The notes beneath the pieces were generated by a model. The model saw only the letters and a program-made list of their open reading frames with translations. It was not told the origin of the DNA and made no database searches. A stretch of 63,042 bases of DNA, counting the filler, from Folioceros fuciformis (lineage: Eukaryota), in NCBI GenBank assembly GCA_049999805.1. It is 34 parts of 34 records of this genome, joined end to end, with 100 filler letters (N's around TTAATTAATTAA, not from the genome) between each part and the next. Parts side by side here need not be neighbours in the genome. Positions count along the whole stretch, not along the records: positions 1 to 1,008 come from JBNGIO010002565.1; positions 1,109 to 2,740 come from JBNGIO010002566.1; positions 2,841 to 4,156 come from JBNGIO010002567.1; positions 4,257 to 5,431 come from JBNGIO010002568.1; positions 5,532 to 7,423 come from JBNGIO010002569.1; positions 7,524 to 8,627 come from JBNGIO010002570.1; positions 8,728 to 9,756 come from JBNGIO010002571.1; positions 9,857 to 11,042 come from JBNGIO010002572.1; 26 more parts are not named here. One strand, given 5' to 3'. Numbering within the stretch: the stretch's first letter is position 1; every line of letters starts with the position of its first letter. Positions 1 through 11,763 of this stretch are shown here, one piece after another. The position numbers and the translations under genes are program-made.

Positions 1-229
1 TTTTCTGGGCAGCTGTGACAGGAACTACTCTGAAGCCTAGAGAAGTGCAAACTGTTCGACGCACAGCAAGAGATGTTCTCACCATGGTTCCTTTCACCAT
101 CATCCTCATTGCTCCGCTCACCCCACAGTGGGCCGCGTTCTGGTGTTCTCCTTCTTCCAGCGCTACTTCCTTGGATTTTTCCCAAGTTCCTTCTCTACGA
201 AACGGCAGGAGGTGTTGAAGCGGTACGAG
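1..229 (+). pseudogene. LETM1-like (plastid-type) protein C-terminal fragment, frameshifted
   Basis: [63 protein letters not shown] resembles the LETM1-like RRTxxDxxxxxP..TPVGH..QRYxP pattern. The frame changes near 127. Confidence 0.6.
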
Positions 230-793
230 CTGATTCGGGAGCAGGAGCAGAAGGTTCGCCTGCAAGGGTTGGATGCCCAAAAGGCCAACATTTTGGCAGC
301 TCATTCCGTGGCCAAGATTCTGAGAACCTTGCTTGGCCCCAAGGGCATGGACAAGATGCTGCAGAGCACGGACGGCGATGTTACTATGACAAACGATTGG
401 GCTACAATACTTGAGCAGATGGAGGTTGAGAATCAAATTGGGAAGCTGATGGTTGAGCTTTCAAAAAGTCAGGATTTTGAGATTGGTGACGACACAACTG
501 GGGTTGTAGTTACAGCAGGTACACTCTTGGAGCAGGCGGAAGAGCTATTAGATTGGGGCATCCACCCCATTCGGATCGTTGAGGGGTATGAGATAGCGTT
601 TAAGGTCGCCATTGAGCACTTGAATCACATTGCGCACAAGTCTGACTTCAGTGCAAATAATGCTGAGCCTCTCATTCAGACGTGCATGACGACGCTATTT
701 TCCAAGATAGTAGGTAGGTGCAAACGGATGCTGGCGAAAATTGCAGTGAAAGCTGTGCTTGCTGTGGCGGATTTGGAGAGACGTGATGTCAAC
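230..793 (+). pseudogene. CCT5: T-complex protein 1 subunit epsilon (CCT5) N-terminal part, intronless, cut by an LTR
   Basis: [19 protein letters not shown]...[11 protein letters not shown]...GIHPIRI...[14 protein letters not shown]. Conserved motifs are damaged (TNDGAT to TNDWAT, GDGTT to GDDTT). Confidence 0.9.
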
Positions 794-1008
794 TGTGGAG
801 TGATTTCTTGCACCCAAGAACCACCCAAGGGGCCACACATTCCCCTATTGTCGTTGCGGTCCTATGGTTCGCTCCCAAGAGAGTGAACTAGTGCCAAGGA
901 ACACTACCTATCACACTTCTACCTATCAGCCGGTCTATAGGCCTGTCCATACACTCACAATAAAAAGGCTAGAAGCCTAGCCTACCCCCTAAGTCAGCTC
1001 GCCCAACT
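794..1008 (+). mobile_element. LTR-like terminus (family F, TGTGGAGTG...)
   Basis: Starts with TG exactly where CCT5 homology stops. A near-identical sequence lies on the minus strand at 45006-45126, where it interrupts a Copia RNase H. Confidence 0.75.
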
Positions 1009-1108
1009 NNNNNNNNNNNNNNNNNNNNNNNNNNNNNNNNNNNNNNNNNNNNTTAATTAATTAANNNNNNNNNNNNNNNNNNNNNNNNNNNNNNNNNNNN
1101 NNNNNNNN
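1009..1108. other. Artificial contig linker N44-TTAATTAATTAA-N44 (first of 33 in the window)
   Basis: An identical 100-bp spacer recurs between all contigs. The palindromic core gives stop codons in all six frames and contains a PacI site. Confidence 0.98.
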
Positions 1109-1337
1109 CGTCCGCTCCGCCATGGCTGGATTCATCCCCCGAGACTGCACGCTGTACAACTAGGCCACAGCGCTGGCTGGCCGCCGAGCAATTCCTAAGA
1201 AAGGAGGCTCAGACAGTCGCGGCGTGTTTTGCATCACCATCAGCAGGCAAGGAGGAGGAGGAGGAGCGAGCTGGTCCGAGGCCCGTTTCAATAGTGGATC
1301 TATTCGGTGACTGGTAGGCGTCGCAAGGTCTTCAGTC

Positions 1338-1799
1338 ATGGTGAAAGCCGGGTGTTTCGGTTCCTGTGGAGGTAGAGATGAAGGAGAAAAAGGCTCTGCG
1401 ATTTTGCTGCAAGGGAACGGCAAGGTTTGCGAGTATCCTCCGAGAACGAAGTGCTCCGAGGTGCTTGCATGTTTCCCGAAGCACCGGGTTTGTCTCGGGA
1501 AGGATTTGCTTGAACAGCATTCCGGGTGGAAGATGTTGCCGAAAGATGCGGTGCTACTAGGGGGCGTTATCTACGCGCTCGTGCCTAAACCTGTCCCTGG
1601 CCGGCCGCAAATGCAGTTTGTAATTGCGAAGGAGTACCTGTCCGCGCTCCGTGGTGATGAGGTGGCTGTTGCTGAGACCGTGTCGCAGGATTTCGGTCCT
1701 GTGGCCCGTTCGAAGAGTTCTTACGGCGTACGCAGACGTGGTGCCCGAGTGCATGCACATGGGCTAGCCCTGGATGCTATTTCTGAATCCGAGGACTAG
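1338..1799 (+). CDS. DUF4228/PADRE-domain protein, single exon, 153 aa
   Basis: Complete ATG-to-TAG ORF. Pattern ILLQGNGKVCEY..TKCSEVL..FPKHRVC...LPKDAVLLGGVIYALVP, with a C-terminal LDAISE. Confidence 0.75.
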   Translation: MVKAGCFGSCGGRDEGEKGSAILLQGNGKVCEYPPRTKCSEVLACFPKHRVCLGKDLLEQHSGWKMLPKDAVLLGGVIYALVPKPVPGRPQMQFVIAKEYLSALRGDEVAVAETVSQDFGPVARSKSSYGVRRRGARVHAHGLALDAISESED

Positions 1800-3971
1800 G
1801 CCTGATCAGTACTGCATGACATGCAGGTATGGAGGCTGGATAACCCGGCATGTGAATTGCTGGTGGTATTTTTGTTTGGTGCGATTTGCAGTGGAGGTTT
1901 TGCACTGCTAGAGGCGGATAGAGAGGCTGCCGGCTGTGTCAGCGTAGTCTCTCCGAATTGCTGGCTATTGTGAGCTACAGGCCTCGATCAGTGCCAGTGT
2001 TTGCTGTACCAGGGATGAACCCATTGCTGACGGGCACTCGTGTGTCTGCCCCCTGGCCTAAGGCAATGTATTCGTCCCTGTAGTGACATCACGTGCTTCA
2101 TAGCCCATTCATGTATATGTATTTGCATGTGTATCTATATTTATGTGACATAGGCACAACAGAGTCGCCAAGACGAGGTGACACAGATCACCACTCCCAG
2201 ACTGGAAGAGCGTGGGTTCGCTCTGTCAGAGCCAATAGTGATATTCCTCTTTCCACTCGAACTGTCCCAACGTTCGACCTGAATTGCAAATTCTGTTGTT
2301 TCTGATTAGCCATCAACAAACCACTAGTCTGTGCTCAAATTTCCTGTCCAAGGAGGATGCTTCTCGGCACTTCCCTTCAATCGCACGAGGCGGGCCTGGT
2401 CATGCACTTGAAACAAAGTCCGCAATTAAGATTCCGGAGGTGGGTCCACAGGTTCTTGGGAGCCTTCTCTACAGCCTCCAGTTACAAATGTTGCATGATG
2501 CCCCGTCTTCTCCAGCATCTTAAATTCAAAATTTGACGTCACCCGGGCCCCCGAACCTGCACCAAGAAATTGGGCAAGCGTAACTATCCAGCTGAACTGA
2601 CCCCAAAACTGAAAATCAGGCCAAATATCCAACCGCCATCTGCCTACGTGTTGCCACGACCGCCACGACAAATGGCATTCTTATAATCCCGACAACGAAA
2701 TGCACAATGGTAGTACTGTTTTTCAGCCCCTCCCCAACTGNNNNNNNNNNNNNNNNNNNNNNNNNNNNNNNNNNNNNNNNNNNNTTAATTAATTAANNNN
2801 NNNNNNNNNNNNNNNNNNNNNNNNNNNNNNNNNNNNNNNNGTGTCACCCATGTACTACACAGAGGGCATGGACAAGCCCAAGTCCATAAAGAAGTGGACA
2901 AGTTCAAGCCCATAAGGAGGGCCCTCTGGACCTACATGTACCCTTCTCTTCAATCAAGCATAATCTGTTGCAAAAAAATTATTTAAAAAATGTTTTAAAT
3001 CCTTTGGCTAAAAATTATTTCCTAAGGTCACTCAAGCTGTTGTAAATGAGGACACGAATTGCCAAATGTCAACACAAATTTCCACGATCTACTTGGGAGG
3101 CCCATACATTTAACATAGTACTGTTTTAGCCCCAAGACAGTGCGCCTTTTAAGACTCTTGATCATTGTATATAATAAATAATAAATAAATTACTAAAAAA
3201 TAGTGATATAAATATCTGGTATATTCTGCTGTGGAGCTGCACGTCCCCAGCTTTAACAGTTCATTTCATTTAACAGGAGGATTGGGCCTTTTTAGCAGTG
3301 TCGGTCCCGGAAAAATGGGGACAGAAGCTAAGGATCGGACGTTTTACTCACAGACAGCGATTGGACTCGCATCAAAAGCAGCTCATGGCTGGCAGTTGAA
3401 GCCTGCCGGTTTCAATGGGACCACCAGGTCATCCTACACCCTACACCGGGTCGCGCTTGTACACATTTGTATGTGCGTCTGTACAGTTGCTTGGGCGGGG
3501 GAAACGATCCTGGCGGCTAGAGCCACACTAGACATGGAGAGAAGTGGCCCATCTTGAGCTGGACGGAAGGTGGACCCGGACGATACCTTCCCAAGCAGGT
3601 GAAGGGCAGGTGGATCGGATCCCGGGAGCCAGCGCGGGTGGCCGACGCGGTTGTGAAGACCTTGATCGTGCTGCACGGAACTGTGCTTCCCGCCTCCTCG
3701 TCGGCTCGAGCCGTGTCGGCCTGAGTCCGTCGTCTTCCCCTTCCGCGCTACCGCACTGGAATGCACTCTTCTCCACCTGGAGCAGCACGTTCGCAGCTGG
3801 ATTCTGAGGCCTCAGGAGTCTTCGACGGTAGTGCCACCTCCTTTGAGCTGAACCGCTCGTTTCTGCTGCCTCCGATTGTGGATGAAGGACCTGGTGCGAC
3901 CTGTGTGCTTTCTTAGTGCTTGCCTTGTATTCTTGTCTTTGGATGCAGGAGATTGGTATCAGGCAGTAAAC

Positions 3972-4156
3972 ATGTACAATAGCAACGGCGATGCGGCCGG
4001 CGGCCCGCGGAAGGACAAGTTCAGTCATTTGCTCCGGTTTCACTTTCACGACTGGATAATCCTCCTGCTGCTAATCGTCCTTGACATCATCCTTAACGTT
4101 ATCGAGCCCTACCATCGATATATCAACACGTATTTGACCAGCAATATTTCCTATCC
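3972..4156 (+). CDS. Lipid phosphate phosphatase (PAP2 family), 5' partial gene cut by the gap
   Basis: RFHFHDWIILLLLIVLDIILNVIEPYHRYI...ISY matches the plant LPP N-terminus (HxHDWxIL...PFxR..YP). Confidence 0.8.
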
Positions 4157-7100
4157 NNNNNNNNNNNNNNNNNNNNNNNNNNNNNNNNNNNNNNNNNNNN
4201 TTAATTAATTAANNNNNNNNNNNNNNNNNNNNNNNNNNNNNNNNNNNNNNNNNNNNCCTTCAGATCCGACAGCAACCACACAGAGCGACTGTGGCGCCTG
4301 GCACGCAGGGAAACCAAATTTTCTTCTTGGTGTGAACGCACTTTAAAAAGACCTCGGCCTTTGTCCCCGGGTTGAGAAGGAAACTGGCGCTACATAGGTT
4401 GGTGCATAAGGCGCCAGCGAGGAGCACCATGTCAGGTCGGTAGTACAATTGTTAGGCGTACACCGTACTTATATAGCTAGCTAGTTATACGAGTTAGAAA
4501 CTACGTACCTACAAAGTCTATCAAGATCAAAAAACTAATGGGTCAGTGGCCGACGGTCCGGTCCGGTCCGGGCCGGGTCCGTTCCAGCGCCGATTTATTG
4601 TTTCATTCATTCGAAATGTCATACGGTTGATGTTCTTCTGTGGGTTAGGTTTTGGGTGTTCTTAGGGGTTTATTAAACCCTAAACCCTCAATTATATCAC
4701 ATTAAATTATTTAATAATCAGGGTAAATCTTTGTTTAGGTGCACGGGAAACGAAACGGAGCGCTCTCCAACGACGCAGTCTCCAACAGCCTGGATCAGAT
4801 ACTGAGCCTAGTTTTGACTTCCGAACCTAGTTTCCGAGTCCCCTCCCTGTCTGTATTGGCTCATCACATCCGAACTACAGGCGAGGAGGCAGCCCTTGAG
4901 GAGCCTCGTACGAGCCTGTCGTAACGAGCCTCAGAAACGGAGTCGAGAATAGCAGAGTGTTCTCGTCTGTGTATACAAAGCAACGAGCAGCAACGCAGAG
5001 CGAAGAGTCATGGATGGAATAGAGTGGAATCGAATGCTTCCTGCAAACCAGAAATAGGCGCAGGTGGCCCGACGATGGCGGGCCTATCACCCTCTTCGAT
5101 TCTGGTGAATTCTGGTTGGTGCTCGAAGAATTTACGCACCCTGAACTGAGCCAGCAGCTACTCCCGACGGTTTGGCGGGCCACAAATTGCACTCGCAGTG
5201 CTGCAGGCTCTGACACGGCGAGTCCGTAGTGTCAAGAGCGGCAGCTGATCTGGGAGGAGCAGCTGGAATTGAAGTACAGAACCACTCGCGAGCAGGGACG
5301 ACACAGAGTGCAACCGGCGGGCCAGTCTTGAATTTCAAGCTGCTATTCAAACCTTTCTTCGGCATGGATGACTGCAAAAGGAGGTTTGTAGACTTGCGCA
5401 GTCTTTATCTTTGCCAGGCGGCCTTGAGTATNNNNNNNNNNNNNNNNNNNNNNNNNNNNNNNNNNNNNNNNNNNNTTAATTAATTAANNNNNNNNNNNNN
5501 NNNNNNNNNNNNNNNNNNNNNNNNNNNNNNNGCCTTACACAGTGCATGCAAGGTAGGCGTGCAGTTCTAAAGCCGACCCTGGTGGCACGTTCTGAGGTAC
5601 AGGCTGGACGGCCTTCAGGTGGCCCGCCACCCGACCTGATTCAGAGTCAGAGATGGTATGCGAAGGGACATCGGCACCTTTTTCTCCGCCTCCTCCACGA
5701 GCAGGCTACACGTAATAATTGGCATCGGCAAGGTGTCCGTCACACCACTCGAGGTGAGTCAAATATATTTCCGCTCACTTCCGGTAATAACCGTGGCCCC
5801 CAAGTAAGACTTGATCGGAAGGAAAAGACCGCCCCGATCCTGTACTGTGTCCACCCAACAGGGTATGCCGATGCCCTCCACCGATGGCCTCCATCAGTAG
5901 GTTTCGCATCCGGGGGGACCCTTCGATTGCAGTGCTTCTGAGCGTACACAGTATGCTCATGAGTCTCATCAGGGCCTGATGCCCTGAGTGGTGTTGGCCA
6001 CTCGTTTGGTCGCCGACAGGGAATTGCGAAGAGGCAAACGACGGGCAAGGTGGGGTCGCTTCTGCCTATAAGATTGTGACCGGAATCTACGGCTTCCGCC
6101 AGCAGAAGCCAGCGACAGCACTTTCCCGCAACAGACTAACGGTGGCCTCAAGGGCGGACCACCTGGACACTTCGAACTGCCTGCCAGATGAGAAAACGGC
6201 CACATTCAGGTGTCTCGTTCTTGGGGTGGGCCACTCGTCCCACGTCTGTCCGTACGTATGTTATTAAAAACTCACCCTTCGCTATGCCAAACAAACGGAG
6301 CAAGGGGATCAGGTCGAACAGGATGCTATGTTATCCAGACCTCTTTCCTTGGGAGTACATAGCTTCCAGACAAGCATGTCCCATCTGTGCGGGCAGTACC
6401 TAGGTACGGGCCTGTGCAGACGGAGTACTCAAGAAATTGCCTTCCTCTACCCACCGTCTTGCACCCTACAGGTTGCCGTTCTACTAGGTAGGAAAATAAT
6501 TATATATAGTTTAAAAATAATTACATATACTTTAACTTACTTGATAGTATAAGTACCTATACTTAGGCAAAGAAAGCAATGATGCAGGGTGCCACTCCTT
6601 GTCCTCTCAATGACCAAAACATAATTATTTTGATTTTCACATGAGAATTGATCATGATCTTAGCCATGACAAATCTATGTCACATCTATGATTTGTACAT
6701 GAACTAGGTTGTTTGGTATTGGGCTAGAACATAGGATTTGCCGGTGGATTAAAATATATCATTTATGCCAAAATCACATGACGATCGAACTTTTGGTAAC
6801 TGTAGCTAAAAAAACGATTAACCTAGGCAACTTACTATCATGCTTGCCCATTCCAATCTATCACCCCATAGGCATTAGCATGTTAATGTCCACTTCACTA
6901 AATCACCCCATGATCGTTGGCATGCTAGCGCCCACCCCATTTAATCACCCCAAGCTAGCCCAATAGTTCTATTCCAATAGTTCCAAGCTTAAACAAATTA
7001 TATATTTTAAACTTCCCAATTTTTGCATGAAACCACCTTGTTAAGGTGAAGAGCTTGTGAGTTCAAAACCCTGCATTTGGATAATTATATTTTGAAAAGG

Positions 7101-7523
7101 ATGATAAATAAGTTTATTAAAAAATTTAAAGGAAGTTAGTAAGTATAGTTCATTTAATTAGAGTGTTTCATAGTTGATGATTAAAAATAATACAAAAGGG
7201 TTTTTTTTTTTTTTAACGTACTGTTTAAAAATTATTGTTGCCTTCAATTTATAATCATGACTTGCCATGAAATAGAAATGGTGAAGAAAGCATAAAGTAA
7301 TTAAATATTGATCTCATTCTCCAACTCACTAGAGGTTATAACCATTCTTTTGTGGAAGTCATTGTCATAAATTACATGTTTTGTGAGTATCTTTTTTTTT
7401 TTTTACGCTTAAGGCTACATTGTNNNNNNNNNNNNNNNNNNNNNNNNNNNNNNNNNNNNNNNNNNNNTTAATTAATTAANNNNNNNNNNNNNNNNNNNNN
7501 NNNNNNNNNNNNNNNNNNNNNNN

Positions 7524-8075
7524 ACATTTTGTGGAACAGTAGAATATCTTGCTCCAGAAGTGTTGAAAACCCAACCATACGATGGAGCAGCTGCACACCT
7601 CTGGTCATGCGGTGTGGTCCTTTACATGCTACTAGTTAGAAAACTCCCATTTTCTGAAACAAACGATTTTCTCATATACACGAAGATCCAAGCCCTCATC
7701 TATGACATCCCTGATGATTTGCCACCAGGAGCTAGTAACATAATACAAGGATTGCTAGTATTAGACCCCAAGAAACGACTGACTATTGCTCAAATTTTTG
7801 AGGATAAGTGGTTTAAGCAGGACTATATTGCTCCAAACTATGATGAGCCAACAGAGCATTTAAGTATGACATTATTTGACTTTCAAGAGGCTCCATTCTT
7901 TCATTCTAGGCTTTCAGAAAAAACAATTATAGTGCAAGATGATATGCCCAAAATTAAGATAAATGCACATTCTCAGCAGTTTATAAAAAAATGTCAAGTA
8001 GTTGCCAAACATCTCAGTCTCGCTACTAAGAAAAAGGTACAAAAGCTGTACAAGGTTGTTTGTCAATGCTTCTAG
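7524..8075 (+). CDS. CIPK/SnRK-like Ser/Thr kinase C-lobe, 5' truncated, divergent
   Basis: TFCGTVEYLAPEV..YDGAAAHLWSCGVVLY..LPF..LLVLDPKKRLTIAQIFEDKWFK covers subdomains VIII-XI. YDG and WFKxxY are CIPK-like. Confidence 0.8.
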   Translation, partial: TFCGTVEYLAPEVLKTQPYDGAAAHLWSCGVVLYMLLVRKLPFSETNDFLIYTKIQALIYDIPDDLPPGASNIIQGLLVLDPKKRLTIAQIFEDKWFKQDYIAPNYDEPTEHLSMTLFDFQEAPFFHSRLSEKTIIVQDDMPKIKINAHSQQFIKKCQVVAKHLSLATKKKVQKLYKVVCQCF

Positions 8076-8799
8076 TAGACTCAATGTTATGTTCTAAGGG
8101 CTTACCTTATAAAAATATGTTTCCATGTCTAATATACGAAGGAGTTTAGGCTAGGAATGAATGACAGGCAAGATATTCGTGAAACAACGTATGGGGAGAA
8201 ACTTGGGGGTTTCTCTATTCCAAAAGGGTTTCAACAAGCAATGTTCATGGTGCACTACTACAGACCATGGTGTTTGTCACACTTTTGGTTACACTCCTTT
8301 GTCACACTTTTTAGAAGTGTTAAAAACTGTTATAACTTGTAACATGATTTAGAGTTAGGCACAACTAGCTTCTTGCGCTTCTAAAGGTGTTACAAACTGT
8401 TACATGATGCATAACAAAAAGTGTTACGTAAATCGTAACCATCACTTATATTTTATGTTTCTAGTCTTAATTCAAAATATATATATTTAATTCCTACATT
8501 CAATTCAAAAAAATAATTTTATCTCCATCTTGTATTCAAAATATTATATTATTTGTGACATGGTTCAAAATATTATATTTCATGTTAACTAGGTTCAAAA
8601 TATAATGCTTTAGGTAGTGCTTTACATNNNNNNNNNNNNNNNNNNNNNNNNNNNNNNNNNNNNNNNNNNNNTTAATTAATTAANNNNNNNNNNNNNNNNN
8701 NNNNNNNNNNNNNNNNNNNNNNNNNNNCCTCTATGTTTAAATATTTTAACAGTAAAGTTGCATGTATCCATGACATTATGAAGGAAATAACATTCCTGT

Positions 8800-9273
8800 T
8801 CAATCAACCTCGTATCCCAAGTAACAATCTTCGACTTCGAAAGATGCAGCCAATGTGTTAAGACATAGTTTCTTTATTAACTCATCGCGCACATATTTAA
8901 TACAATATTGGCATTGCTCTTTAGTGTACATTGTTTTCTTTGTAGAACCTTCTGAGTAGCATGCAATAAGGACATTAAGAGTGACCGAGGTTAATGGTAG
9001 GTCAGAGTCTGGACCCAAAGGCAATTCAGTGTTGTAGGCCATCAATTTTGGAAGATCATTGGGAAATGCATCATATGCTTCATCTGATGCACGAGCGAGT
9101 CCAAAATTTATTAGGATTTGAAGCTTGTCGTAGGTGACAGTGCCAGCACATGATTCAACAACCATATTTGTTCGAGGTGGTAAATCTGGCCCAAACACTT
9201 GACTTGAGGTTAGGATTAGGTGTAAATTGAGTTGCAACAGAATGAAAATGATAATAATGTTCCACATAACCAT
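8800..9273 (-). CDS. Secreted single-domain Gnk2/DUF26-like cysteine-rich protein, 157 aa
   Basis: Hydrophobic signal peptide, six Cys including C-X15-C-X2-C, and a terminal C..AA......CYLGYE. TATA-like element at about 9325-9335. Confidence 0.65.
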   Translation of the reverse strand: MVMWNIIIIFILLQLNLHLILTSSQVFGPDLPPRTNMVVESCAGTVTYDKLQILINFGLARASDEAYDAFPNDLPKLMAYNTELPLGPDSDLPLTSVTLNVLIACYSEGSTKKTMYTKEQCQYCIKYVRDELIKKLCLNTLAASFEVEDCYLGYEVD

Positions 9274-11189
9274 ATTTGATATTTTTATGATATGACAATA
9301 TGACAAGTGAGCACTAGTCTTGGGTTTAAATATAAGCGCCACAATGACGTCTTTAGCACGAATATAAAACAAACACCCAACCTTACATTTTGGACATCAA
9401 GATTCAAAAGGCTATAGGATTAGCCTTTGACGAGTTCAGCACATTCAAAGAACTAAACGACCTTGATGAGACTCCCAGGGAATTATTCAAAGTAGAACAA
9501 CTTTAGGAGTTTGGTTAGTATGCCTTCAATGTCTTATGCAGGTTGAGATTCCTTGCTAAACAATAAAGGAACAATATTGTTTGACCCACATGGTTACATA
9601 GAGATGTTGCAAGATTTGTTTTATGCTACAGAGTACATTGATAACTCAAGTTACTCAATTCAAAAAACTATTCTGTTTTAAAATACATTAATTGGTACAT
9701 ATAATTTTAGAATCTAAATATTCTACCTCTTTTATGTTTTTCATATTCTTGAACTTNNNNNNNNNNNNNNNNNNNNNNNNNNNNNNNNNNNNNNNNNNNN
9801 TTAATTAATTAANNNNNNNNNNNNNNNNNNNNNNNNNNNNNNNNNNNNNNNNNNNNGCGCCGTCGTGGTCCCGTCAGTCACCACCCTGAGACCCGACCCG
9901 ACCCGACCTGGTCCAGGTCGGCCCTGCAACCCCACTGGCAAAAGAGCCCGCGCCAGGCCCCCCCGATGGGCCGGTGCCACATGCTGGCACATTGGCCTCA
10001 ACGTCCTCGCGTGTCGGTCACCAATTATATCCCGGTTCCCACACGTGGGGAAGTTAACCCGGGCCCCACAGTTAACGCCACCATATATACCGCTCTCATA
10101 CAGTGGAATGCGTCGGTTATGGCAAACGATGTGCACTAACACTCCCCACTCAACACGCTTCGTACACGAGTGGCTTACGTTTCCCTTGGGATTTACCGAG
10201 CATCATGCGTCAACCGGTCCCCCATGTATGCATGTACATACTGCTGTACATACATGTATGAAATGACGCGGGGAGACGAGCAATTCGGGAGTTGCGGAAA
10301 ACGCCGGCCAGTCTCCCTTCTCTCCTGTCGTGCCGTCGCTCCCTCAAGAGCCTTGGGCCCTTGGGCCATGGCGGATGCCCGCACTTGATCCGCACTTGCG
10401 GGGGCCTGCGCCTCCCGCCCTCTCACCGCCGACTTTATTCGTCGATTGCTAGCACTCGCTGTCGCGTGCCCCTGCCGCCGCCGCCGCCGCCGCCGCCTCC
10501 CCAGCTTCCCGGCGATTGCACCCCCGTCCTGATTTGGCTGCGCTCATCTTGTGACTCCTGGCGCCTCCAGGGAGCCTATTTCAGGCCGGGGGCTCTGGTG
10601 TGTGGCTAGTCTCTCAGAGGGACCTTGTTTGTTTGTGCGCAAGGAGGAGAGGGACTGTTTCATTCTGAGGTTGCTCTTTGGACGGGTGAAGGGGAGTGTA
10701 GCTGTGGTTATGTGCTGCCGCCGTAGCTCTTGCTGTTGCTGGCTGGTGGCGTCGGATCGGAGCGTAATCGGCCCGGTCGGTGGAGAAAGAGTCGGTTGGT
10801 CTTGCTTGTTGAGGTGGGGAGGAGGGCGTGCTTTGAGTGTGGGATTGAGGTGTGGGGGTTTTGCCTTTTGGTTGGTTTCTGTTTACCTGTTTTGCTTTGA
10901 GCTCGTCTTGTTGCGGGGATGGCATTGTAGGGACGGGCACCAGCTGAGGGGTACGCAGAAGAGGGCGAGCATTCCGTGGATGGATCTGGAGGGAGATCGG
11001 TGTGGACCAGTAGCGGAGTGAGCGCTTTGTAGGTGTGCTGGGNNNNNNNNNNNNNNNNNNNNNNNNNNNNNNNNNNNNNNNNNNNNTTAATTAATTAANN
11101 NNNNNNNNNNNNNNNNNNNNNNNNNNNNNNNNNNNNNNNNNNAATACAATGGAGGTGATTGTCCAGCAAAGATCAGGCTGAGCAAATAA

Positions 11190-11404
11190 CCGTCATCAAG
11201 CTTGCAATCACATTCAGCGTTGCTCGTGGCTCCTGAACGTTGTGTGCTTAAACACAGATTCGATCCGGTAGAGTTGTTTCTTTCCTGAACCAGCATTTCT
11301 GGCCCATCCCCTACCCGACAGACTGTTTTCCTCTGAAGTTGAGGAAGCTGCTGCAGCAAGAAACCTCGCTAGAGTACCAAGAACACCGTGGAATAACTCT
11401 CTAA
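11190..11404 (+). pseudogene. Inverted partial copy of the last intron and exon of the adjacent P450
   Basis: Aligns by eye with the reverse complement of 11793-11949. Encodes QHFWPIPYPTDCFPLKLR, with a 1-nt deletion just after the CAG acceptor at 11255-11257. Confidence 0.85.
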
Positions 11405-11763
11405 TATGCTACAACGGCTTTCATGCACAGGAGAAGAAGAGAAAAATCTAACCTTGTCCTGCACCACGGGGGTGCTGAGTTTGCAAGGGACTTGCATCAC
11501 GAAGACAGCAACTGGAATGCAAGCTCTCACAGGTTCCCAGCGGTCGGACATGAGGGTAACAAAGACAAGCTGTGTGCAATTTCTCCAAGCCTTTAAGGTT
11601 CAGAGAACAGAAAGTGGGTAAATTCCATTGTCAGAAACTGAATTGCAAGAGAAACCATATGTTACACGTATTGGCCACAGTAAAACCCCATGAAGGAAAG
11701 CTTCTTTCGCTGCCTTCTCCCAGCACCGCACGTGCTTCACGGGTCTGACACAAGGTCAGCAAC

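Noticed and set aside
4675-4688. AAACCCT repeats as a telomere (also about 43037-43056)
   Set aside because: Only 2-3 units, at most telo-box motifs.
4257-7423. Short ORFs in contigs 4 and 5
   Set aside because: No recognisable motifs; overlapping ORFs on both strands are expected by chance.
9857-11042. Multiple GC-rich ORFs
   Set aside because: Low-complexity, GC-driven frames with no family signal.
11369-11551. RWEPV...QDKVRFF ORF as the P450 last exon
   Set aside because: 11881-11764 has a proper acceptor, the right phase and a P450-type tail.
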